From contig NW_019091355.1 in the NCBI RefSeq assembly GCF_001949145.1, positions 4,762,625 through 4,784,371 of the forward strand: 21,747 bases of DNA. The letters are read 5' to 3'. The notes beneath the pieces were generated by a model. The model was not told the origin of the DNA. It saw only the letters and a program-made list of their open reading frames with translations, and ran no database searches. The position numbers and the translations under genes are program-made. This DNA is from Acanthaster planci (Eukaryota). The stretch's first letter is position 1. Every line of letters begins with the position of its first letter. Below, piece after piece: positions 10,989-21,747 of the stretch.

Positions 10989-11747
10989 AAATAAAAACAA
11001 AGAACAAGACACTAAACCATCACAAGAGCCGTAAAATTGATACCTGCATTAAACAGGCAACCTACCTTTTTTAAAGTTTCGGTTATGACAATTACTCCTA
11101 CTTTATGCTGGTATTTTTTCCATTCATTTTCCCTCTTGAGCTCTTGTGACCAGGATTTCAGTGCACAAACCTTGTCAAAAGCCATTACATTTACGAGGGG
11201 GAAAAAACGGTCTTTGTCCAAAATAAGGCAAATTATTAACATACCGGTATTTTTGAAAATAACGCACAGAAAAAAAAGGCAAACATGAAAATTCTATGAG
11301 GAACCAGATGAAATGCCAAACTACGGTACTGCCGCAGGCAAAGAAACATCGCTCCACATTTGATTTCCACCAAAGTTCCCCCAAAGGGAATATCTGTGAT
11401 AGTCATTTGTGGAGTGTCCAAGTAAACAGGATTAGGCCACGCTTCTATTTTGACGTCCAATGTTTTTCTACCTGTGTTTGTACAAGTCACTGTCACCTTT
11501 TTGGCTATGCAGAGTGGCATTTCACTCTCAAGTGAACAGATCTGTTTTGTCAGGGGAAAAAATAGGCAATGACATTTCTAAAAGAAAAAGATCCCAAAAC
11601 CGCCTTCAAAATGGCAGTCATATTCTTTTCTAAGAACAAAAATAAACGTTGAATGTTTTCTTTTAAACTTTTCAAAGAACATCAACAGGCATGTGATTAG
11701 CACCACACCTGAACATTTTTAAGTCCTAGCATACTGGCACCGCACTC

Positions 11748-12157
11748 NNNNNNNNNNNNNNNNNNNNNNNNNNNNNNNNNNNNNNNNNNNNNNNNNNNNN
11801 NNNNNNNNNNNNNNNNNNNNNNNNNNNNNNNNNNNNNNNNNNNNNNNNNNNNNNNNNNNNNNNNNNNNNNNNNNNNNNNNNNNNNNNNNNNNNNNNNNNN
11901 NNNNNNNNNNNNNNNNNNNNNNNNNNNNNNNNNNNNNNNNNNNNNNNNNNNNNNNNNNNNNNNNNNNNNNNNNNNNNNNNNNNNNNNNNNNNNNNNNNNN
12001 NNNNNNNNNNNNNNNNNNNNNNNNNNNNNNNNNNNNNNNNNNNNNNNNNNNNNNNNNNNNNNNNNNNNNNNNNNNNNNNNNNNNNNNNNNNNNNNNNNNN
12101 NNNNNNNNNNNNNNNNNNNNNNNNNNNNNNNNNNNNNNNNNNNNNNNNNNNNNNNNN
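11748..12157. other. Assembly gap
   Basis: Run of N. Confidence 1.
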
Positions 12158-14209
12158 GAACACTTTTAAGTCCTTATTCTCCCCCTCCTCCCTCAAAAAA
12201 AACTCCCAGAAACACCTGTACTTGTCCATTTCCAGGGCATTTTCAGCCATTTTTTGAAAGGTTCTGTCAAGTAGTCAAGATAAACAATGACCTGCTGTTA
12301 TGAGTGAGTTTAAAAAAGTTCTAATGTGTGCGCTCATATACTTGATATTGAATATCTGTTCATTGTAAGGGGCACCTACATGTACATTGTAGATATAAAC
12401 ATGATGTACATGTATATTCCAAAGGGGGGCAGGTTTCTTTCCCTCTGTGTAAAAAAACAAAACAGGAACAAGTGTCACAGTCCTTATGCATCTTTTCATC
12501 TGAAAGTGTTTCTAAAAACACTGCAAATGTACATATAGGGCTACATGTACTTGCACGTTTATCTGCCTTATTTCTGTGTCTGCAGGGCTTATTAATCAAT
12601 GATTCCTCTTAACCTCGGGGGCACTAAGCGCCGTTAATTAAGCGCCATTTCCTGGTTCGACAATCAATACTTGTTTCAGGGTTCTTGCAAATTGGCACAA
12701 ACTTTCAGGACCAGTAAAATGCTGGCTGTTTTCTCCACCACTTCAAACCTGAGTATGGGTGTGTATGTACATGTACGTACAGACCAGAAACATTCTTGTT
12801 TCGGAGAAAAAAAAATGTTCAAGTTGTGAAACTATACAATCCTAGACTACAACTTGACAGCCCAAGCAAGAGAGGACATTCCAAACATTACAAATTGTCT
12901 ACATTTTCTACTTTTCAAAAGCATTTGGAGAATGAAATTAGGCCAAAAAGTGGGCGGATAAAACATACAGCCCAGATAAATTTCATTCTGCCAATACCAG
13001 CTTTCAGTGGGACAAGGTCACATGCAAACATCTTCAAAGTTTAAGTATACAACACAGCCCCAAAAACACCAAGATGATGTGGCCTTTGGGCTCTATTTCC
13101 CCTTTACTTTTCCCTCAGATGTTCTGTCCAACCAGTTTTTCTTTTGGTCTGCGAAATACCTAAAGTGGTCAGAAAATGACAGACATCCAACTGTCATTTC
13201 ATGCTCTGGCATTAATCCAGGTGTAAAGTGAGAAAAAAAATGAAACAACATACAGGGCAAGAAATGAGTCCAACTTTGCACAACCTTTCAACTCAAGCCT
13301 TCAATCTGCTCGATGCAATACCAACAGTGACCACACTGATTTGTTCCCATTTGTCAAGACAGCAATAACATACACCCTGACTTAATTAACTCTCAACCTG
13401 CCGCCAACCCTTGTGCTTCACTGCTTTCCCCAATTTGCAGCCATTTGGGCACACGGAGATGAAGAACAAGCACGCATGAAAAGCAAGACTGAACTGTAAA
13501 AGGGTCATGGTCACGAGGCGAGTGCAGTGAACCCTACAGCCTGGCCTGGGCAGAGCTAATCCACTAAGATACCCCATAAGATGGCATGCACCAAGGTCAA
13601 CGGCCTTATCACCAAAATCAAATAATCTGGAGAAGCAACAGACAGACTGGTTGGACAGCTGCACGTCATTGGTGAGCCCTATAATACTGTGCCATACATA
13701 CAAGTACAAAAGTGCAGATGTATCAACAGCCAAAATTTGATAGGGCCAAATTTGGTGCGAGATAACACTGCATCAACCGTGCTCTTCCAACACAACCTAT
13801 ATTCATAATTTGAATGTGTATTGGTGATGTTACCTGTTTACACAACATGCGCACAGCATTTGCACGACTAAGCTTACCAGGATAAAAGTACATGTAAAAC
13901 GATCTACTTGTTCGTTCTATAGCGCAATGTACAGTGTATCTCTTTGACTAGAAAAACTGGTACATGTACATAACAGGTTTTAAGTTGCTCTTTGTCAAAG
14001 TGCCATGCCAGACAAAATGAGGCAGAGATTTTGCAGCAGTTGCATCGGTGGCCTGCAAACGCAAACTGCCAATCTATGGATCACAGGTCACAGAAAAAGA
14101 AAGCTACTATTTTCCAGACCTTCCACAGATTGAAAGAACAATTTGTGCTGCCTTTCTCATGCCAAAAATCAAAGCGCAAAAATTGAGAGAAAACGTCCAA
14201 GCACTCCAC

Positions 14210-14380
14210 CTCATCGTAGCATCCATCCACCAGGCCTCTCATCAGGCAGAGGAATATCTCGTCCAGGATCTGCTTCTGCCGCCTCTTGAACTCGGCACTG
14301 GACCAGTGGTTGGTGGGCACCTCTACCTTCATCTTTCCCAAGGACTTCAGTTCCCGCATGATTTCCATGGTGGCAGCCAT
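14210..14380 (-). CDS. Putative alternative first coding exon (57 aa): MAATMEIMRELKSLGKMKVEVPTNHWSSAEFKRRQKQILDEIFLCLMRGLVDGCYDE
   Basis: Same strand as ankyrin; GC3-rich codons like the true exons; perfect Kozak context GCCACCATGG at the second ATG (14368); composition turns AT-rich after about 14195. The phase-0 donor GAG|GTGGAG is weak, so the 3' boundary is uncertain (the ORF continues to 14081). Confidence 0.4.
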
Positions 14381-17300
14381 TCCTGTTTTGTTTTTGCCTG
14401 GCTTCAGTCCAGAGTCCTGATTCTTACGTGGGCGTGACTTGAACTTAGTGGGCCAAGCAAGAGTAAATTCCCACCAGCTCAGCAGACGAAACACGACTGG
14501 CAATTTGCTCACAATGTCTGGCAGGAACTTAGTGTCTGGCTCTTTCAGAGGAACTCTAGGGTAAAATAAACGTTATAAACTCCCCTCCGGTAGCTCATAC
14601 GACTCTTAGCATCAGTATAAAGGACTAGACAATAAATAAATACAGCAAAATACTGAAATGTACTGAACTGCATCTACAGCAAGATCTCCAGTGTTTTCCT
14701 TGTCAAATTTGGCAGCAAAGTCATTGAAAAATCACACGTGCTGCGTCTCCTGGAGCCTTTTATTTCTCATCAAACTGCAACAGAGCTAGAAATATATCGC
14801 CTCACCACCGTTTCTTCCCCCCTGATTTGGTATTTATATGTGTTAATATTAAAGATAACTCGCGCAGAACGGTAATCCCGTGGTACAGCATCTCCGGCAT
14901 GGGATTCAAGATTGTTGCTCAAAAACGCGCTGTGCAACAGTCCAAATACACATCGACGCAAATCCCGGCACAGACAGGAGAGCATCCCAGATCCACATGT
15001 ATTAGCGCATGCCCAACTGAAGACTTGCCGGTGTGTGTTTGTGCAGATGTATCTCGGAGATCAGGCTGAAGGACTGCTGGAGACCTTGGACATTTGATGA
15101 GTCTTAAAGCAGACCATGTCTACACGGTATTTCCTGTCCAAAATCCTACTTCTGCATGCTCCATCGACATCAAATACGGCCGATTCTGAACTGAGGCAAG
15201 GATCCTTGCAGGAGCGGATCGTGTTAGGTTACGCGCGCTAACAAACATACATGTACATGTACACTAGTGTACATAGATACATTTTAGACTTTTAAAGTAC
15301 TTCTAGAAAGAACTGCATCACACTGTTTTCCTTTGCATAGATTTTAAAAAGTCTCCCGGCCTTTAAATCTACTTGACCATTTGCATGATGCTCTTTGAAA
15401 GATTCAGGATTTTGAAATCATACATGTACTGTATATGATCCAGTTGGATATTGAATTCATGGAGATCCTACGGCTTTGGCATATTTGTCAATTTCCATTT
15501 AAACTGCACCCTCTAAAATATAAAATAAAAACTAAAGCATTTTGATCAGAAGCAATTCAGTCACTCTGCATCTGTCTGAATGTCACACTAAAAGGTTGCT
15601 GTCAAAACTGACACCAAATCACAACGGTGAAGACGTGATGAGAATCGCCGGGAGACAGTGCTACAGTGACAATGTTGGAAGCCTCCAAAGACGAAAGTAT
15701 CTATCCATTTTTTTTCTCCCTATTCCTGCAGCAACGGCAAAAAGGCACAGGTACAAGCAAATATCTCAGGGTCCAGACTCAGACAGCAGAGCGATGCAGC
15801 AAGTCACAAAATCATCTCAGGAGTAATGGTAATATCAGATGTGCCTGGGGGCCTGGGAAGCATCAAAGCCCAACAGACCCTCATCCAGCATTTCTCCCAT
15901 GCACGAGGTCGGGACAGAGATGGCAGGCCCGTTCCTGTCTAGTTGACTGGCTGACCAGCTCGATAATGTCGCGGCTGGCTACTGGCCGCTTGACTCTGAT
16001 GTCCCTCTCTCTTTCTCAGACTCAGCAATCGACCTCTCGAATTCCCAACACGACACCAGCCTCGGACAACTCTGGCGCGTAAATACTAATAGCTGAGCCA
16101 CTGTTTACAATCCACACTTATCGGCCGGGTCTGAATGGGTTGACCACATTACAAATTACACTGTTCTGAAGCTGCACCAGTCGTGCTGGCTAAAGTACGG
16201 TTCAACACAGTATTGCGTTACACCCTTGTGATCCTGACAGCAGAGTTGTTCTGGAGTGTTCATCCCCACTGCCTTGCACGTGCACACAAATACACACTCA
16301 TCCCACAGTGCAATGCATCCTGGGTAATTGGCAGCTTCCCCTAAACTCGTGAATCAGCATGCCGGATCCCTCCAACCTAGAGCACACCTGCCAATGGACA
16401 GGACGTGGCTTCCATTCGACAGAAACATCTGGTGAGGGAAAAGACTGGGGGGAAGGGGAGTTAGTCGTCTAGTCCAGAGATAATTTGTGAGCAGTGACAG
16501 TTCCAGAGCACTACTCTGATAAATTGCATAGACTCTTCTCCAGTCTTCACCTGGCAGTTTTTTTGGTGGGAAAGAAGTCTAGCAGATGGAGTCTAGCCTT
16601 ACTCGCTGTGGCTTGGTTGCCTCAAGTTGAAACTTCCCCTCATAAATTATCTCCCTAAGTAGAAATAGTACAGGACTATTCCTGAGGCCCTGCAAACAGT
16701 TCAAACATACATGTACATGTACAAGCCAATGAGCTACATCCCACAGTTATGATTAAACATGCTGAGCTAGTAGTACCATAATGCATCCTTTCTACAGCAA
16801 ACTTGATAAAGGCCTGACTGTAGCATATATAACATAATCCACAGCAACAAGATGAGTAAAGTTGCCATCTCCCATCAGCTTCTTTCAGTTGCTAACTGGT
16901 ACAGTGGCTGTGTACATATCACCACTTAATCTGCACAGGTGCGTTTACGGTAAGTTCATCTGAGCTGCCAACTAGAGCACCATGTACAGGTACATCTGCA
17001 GATACATGTATGCATGTAGTATGCATTGGCAGAGGTCAAATCATCATAAATACTGGTACCCTGACTAAAACCCCAGCCACTGTTCAGGCAATACAATCAG
17101 ACGGACACTTGCAATCATGCTCATAAATGGAATTCTGCATACTTAATGCCCGACAACAGCAGGCAATCACAACGCCAGGCAAACATTACCACTAATTAGT
17201 CGGACAGATTCCAACCTGCGTACCCTAACCAGCCAGACAACACCCTCCCCCCCTTCATATTTTCCTCAATCGATGCCAGAGGGTGAAGTTATTGATGCCC

Positions 17301-20300
17301 TCTGTGCCTCCAAGCTTGAGCGGTCAATAATTAAGTTGTGGGTTCAATTTGGCGAGTCTCTTATTATATCTGGGGGTAACGTGTGTACGTCAGTCCAGAT
17401 CATAGGCGCTAATGCAGTGACACTTTGATCTGTTTTAGGACTGGTGGTGTTAAGGAATGCAATAGAATTGATCAAAATTGATGTGTTCTCTTAACTGAGG
17501 TTCACAATCTGTTACAGTTTTGTGGGTTTATTTATGCAGTCCGTAGCAAGGTAAGCCACGTTACCGTCCCTAAAAGCTTAATTTTCAGTACGCAAATGCA
17601 GCGAGTGAAAATAACAAGCACAATGTTCAGGACAAAAGTGCACAATTTTCAGATGTTTAGCACAGAATGTCGTTTTAAAACATGAATCTGTCTGTAAACA
17701 TTCCAAAGAATCTCGGCAAAAAGATTAAGTTTCTCCTAGTCAAATCATTCTGTAAGCTCCAAAAATTACAAATCTTTTCAGAAACTGCATCGGCCAGTTC
17801 TAATTAAAATGATGATTTTCTTTTTGAAACAGAGACTTGTTTTTCAAATCATGACAAAATTCATGGACATGTTTATACATGCTGTCACAAAAACAGTTGT
17901 TTCAGTGACACATGCTCGTCAATTTTTATTTTCTTTTATCTATCTCCAAAATAACCCCGTGCAGTTGTTGAGTACACTCCAATTTGCTGAGGCTGGTAAT
18001 GAATGAATGAACTGCAACGGACTCTGTCCCGGTCAAACTTGCGCTGATCCGCGAGTGGCTTTTCTGAATTGACCACATGCATTTTCCCAGGGTATCCACC
18101 GCACAGCGTGATTGTGAACCTGCGTTGCCAATTATCCAAATGGGGCAAGGATCGAAGGAATACCGGGGTACCTACATTTTAATGATGATCTTATGGGAGT
18201 ACCCTTGTTATAAATTTTCCGTTTGGAGAAAAAGATTTCTTTTTTAATTACTGGTGGTGTGGAGCACTGTGTTTACTGTCAATTGACTGGATCCAAAGAA
18301 ATGACTTTTCAGGCCATGTTTTAAGTTTACGTTTGGAAGAGCATACGACTCTCCGTTGTGATGTGCATTACCCAGTCTGGCAATCCTGATGAAGATGGAA
18401 AAAATGTGGGTGGAAAAATGTTGAGATTCCCAATGATTTCCACTGTGAAAAATTCTTTCACAGACCCTTAACTAAAAACTGGTTACAGGCACTTAAAAAC
18501 TCAATTTATTAGAGTTGGGTCAAGCATGTGCATGTATAATTGTCACTTATTCACAAGGAAAAACAAATAGGATAACGCATCATGATTTCCCAGTTGAATA
18601 ACAAGGTAACTTCTCAAAATACATGTAATTCAATCAATTTCATCGAAGGTACATGTACGATGTAGCCCCCTTTCGTATCACACCCCCCCCCCAAAAAAAA
18701 CCTATGCCACTTCACTTCCAACCAAGTTCAAAATCTGCTAGCTCACGGTGACGGTCAAAAGAGGAGCCCATCAAATAAATTGCTTCCTTTCCAAATTGAA
18801 AAGACAAAAACTCAACCACCTCGGAACGGCACTCCCATTAAGGGCTTCCACGGGACAACCATCCGCCCACAAACTTAATTTGGCCTCGTTGTCTCCGAAA
18901 CAATTGAGGGGAACTTCCAATAAACCTGGTGTCATATCCAGCCAGAAGCATTCTAGCATGCACACACACACAAATTCACACCGTAATAACGGCAGGAAAG
19001 GCTATTAACTGCATTGCAATGGACATGAGTAAATTGTCTGCCCCGGGAAAGAGTGGATTATCCTGGCAGCTACACACTGTACATGTACGTGTAAAAAGGG
19101 CGTGATCAGCATCTGTCCCAAGGAAAATAAGTTAACAGACATCAGGCTTCTAGAGTACATGTACATGTAGTTCTTTTCCCCCTTTTTTCTCCCTTTTTGT
19201 TATTCTCAGAGACTGGAAAGAGAACCAGGGGAATTTGGCTGAAAGTGCACATGACAACATTAATGTGCTGGTATACTGTGCTTGTACATTAACATACATG
19301 TACATGTACATGCAGAAAATAACATCAAAATGACAAGAAGAACAAATGAGAATGCACAAGGAATTTTTTTCACAAATCAAATTTACACCAGAGCCTTAAT
19401 ATGTGTTTACCACAATGAAGCATAGTTTTAGTACATGGGTAATTCCATAAATAAGGGTCCAAAAGTGTGACATTTGTGCGTCCCTGTTGCATCCGACCGT
19501 TATTTGACATGGAAATATCACCAGAATTGTTTTCAAACTATCACTATTTGTCTGGCAGGTAATTTACATTAATTCGTCACTCTTTGAAATTAGAAAATGT
19601 GTTCTGAACTTACAAAATCATATGTCAGATATGAGAGGGGAGCGGGAAAAAAAATGGACCCCTAATTTATGAAATCACCCACATAAAAGTATACGCATGT
19701 GCCTAGAGTGATTACATCAGCAATTCAATTTCTTCAAACTTTCTTCAGATACAAGCAGATCATGTGAAAATATGTACACAGTGGATCAGTAAAAATTTCC
19801 ACTGCAAGTGCACGGATGTAATCCTTTAATATCAAACTTGGAATTAATTTTTTTAAACAAGAGAAGTTTATTGATTGGTGTACTGTCTCATAAGAGCACC
19901 TGAAACACTTTTTTTCACAACTGTACAACAAATGCCCATGCATGCAAAATCTTACCTGTACATATAAAAGACAACACATACTTGTACATGTACATTTGGC
20001 CATTTTGAGGCATGGTATTCCATGTATTTGTATGTTCATGCACATTTTACCAAGTTTAACATGCACATAGGTAAAATTGCACTGTGCGTATACAATACAA
20101 TTATGTCAGTGCCCCCTCAATTTATTTCCACACCCCTATAAAAGCAGTGAAACAATCCCAACTCATCTGCATGTCTTTCACAAGGATATCACACTACAGG
20201 TATGTATTATAATTCAAGACTTTTTTATCATGCCTCACGTGCACAATGGAATAGTCAGTATATACATGTAAGTTTGGCAAACAGCCAGGCACCTACATGT

Positions 20301-21198
20301 AAATTGTGCAGGAGGTCACTGGGTCAAAAGACTGCACCAATGAAATGGCTTAAATACATATTAGTTGGGTGTGACCGAGAATAATGAGCCAGGGATGCAG
20401 TAAGAACACTGGCTCTCCATGGCCAACAGAGGGGGCTGTTCCATTTGCCTGCTGTGAAAATTTGATCTCTCACACTTTTGATCTTGTCAAGCAGAGGGAG
20501 GAAAACACTTGATAGTTGACACAAAAATGAAATCCCAGGAGTTGAAAGATGACATGAATGTGTGAATGCTAAAGGAAATACAAATGATGATGGTGTGTGT
20601 CTAAACTTTGCTTCAAACTGATTGGAAACCTGCACCACCACACCTTCTAAATTCATAGCTTTTCCTGATAAAATTACATTCATTTTTTTCAATTACAAAC
20701 CCAAGCCAAGTTTCATGTTCCAGTCGCTTTTTTTTCTGAGCTTACTTCTGAGGGCCAATTCTGCATTAATCACTACAAACTGCTGTTTAATGCATGTGTC
20801 CCCACAGCCAAAACCAGCCATCCTTGACCACAAACCCTTTACGGAAGGTCATTTTGTGGTTACTGGTGACCCATCTACATTGTGTCCATTCAAGAACTGG
20901 TGACATGTGATTAATGAACAAATAGAATTCACCTCAAAACAGTTGCATCATAAATACAGGTACACGTACATGTATAGCACTGCAAAGTTATACAATCAAT
21001 TCCCCATACAACTCCATACTCCTGCCATAAAATATCTGGACTGCCTTTGAATAGTACCGAATCTTCTCCAATCTGCAAGTCTTCACCCCTACCCCCTCAA
21101 GACACTCTATTTCAAACCCTAGACTTCCCCCATTACTGCTGCCCTTTTGAATGGTTTGGCTCCTTGTCTAAGTTAAGAACCATTTCCCTAGCCTTCCG

Positions 21199-21303
21199 CA
21201 TCCCTCCCTCATCCCCCACTTTATATGACCTTACTCCCTTAAGCAAAGTTGGTGAACCGGCCGCCGGTTCACCAGAAGTGAGGGTCGGGGATAGGGAGGG
21301 ATG
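21199..21303. other. Extended GC-rich stem-loop
   Basis: Inner stem tggtgaaccgg-ccg-ccggttcacca (21250-21274); outer stems catccctccct/agggagggatg (21199-21209/21293-21303), atcccc/ggggat and gacc/ggtc. Confidence 0.75.
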
Positions 21304-21747
21304 AAGACAAATCCGTGAAGCATCCAGCAGCGGGTTTTACCCAGGTACATGTACACGTACATGTAACAGCAGTCACTTTTTAGGGCTTTTAACAGCCAAC
21401 AAGGCGTGACTTCTCTCCTAAATGGCTTCCATCTTGAATCTCGCGCTTGATTTGTTTTTTAATACATAAGTAGCAAAACCTGAATGATTAAACCCTAAAC
21501 ATTCAGAAGTCTTGAAAATGCTAAAAAAATAACACTTTTGCCTTATCCTTACTCCTCATCCCTCATTCAAAATGTTTTTAGACATTGCCAGGGTTGACAT
21601 CACGGTTGACACGGTTACTGCTCCATAAAGAGTCCATTATCTTGTCCCCTTGCCCCTTTCCCCACCCTGAGGCTCCCTTATCCATCTCACAATTCCCAAG
21701 ATAAACTTTACCGCCTTGCTCATGTTGATACCCCTGCTGCCCTTCAA

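Noticed and set aside
7928..12250. Long ORFs in the supplied track
   Set aside because: They are artefacts of N runs.
21250..21274. Helitron 3' hairpin or bacterial terminator
   Set aside because: No CTRR at the expected distance on either strand and no U-tract; eukaryotic context.

Overview
Eukaryotic (metazoan) draft-assembly DNA with three N-gaps. The abundant TACATGTA/(ACATGT)n motifs suggest a marine deuterostome such as amphioxus, which is an inference only. The window lies in the 5' part of a canonical ankyrin gene (ANK1/2/3 family) on the minus strand and is mostly intron. Three perfect 99-bp, phase-0, AG/GT-bounded exons encode ANK repeats 2-4 (7394-7492, 6127-6225, 3927-4025). They are followed by a divergent copy of the repeat-5 exon (2633-2737) that reads through its donor into a stop codon and an AATAAA, making it a candidate alternative terminal exon for a very short ankyrin. 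A 19-nt perfect (about 60-nt imperfect) reverse complement of this exon lies about 2.6 kb downstream at 37-94, and weaker antisense-like matches occur for its 3' splice region and for other exons, suggesting control of isoform choice by long-range RNA pairing. Also present: a candidate alternative first coding exon (14210-14380), a ~23-bp minisatellite, two strong hairpins and a candidate recursive splice site. The repeat-1 exon is not visible and may lie in a gap. Most ORFs in the supplied track are spurious.
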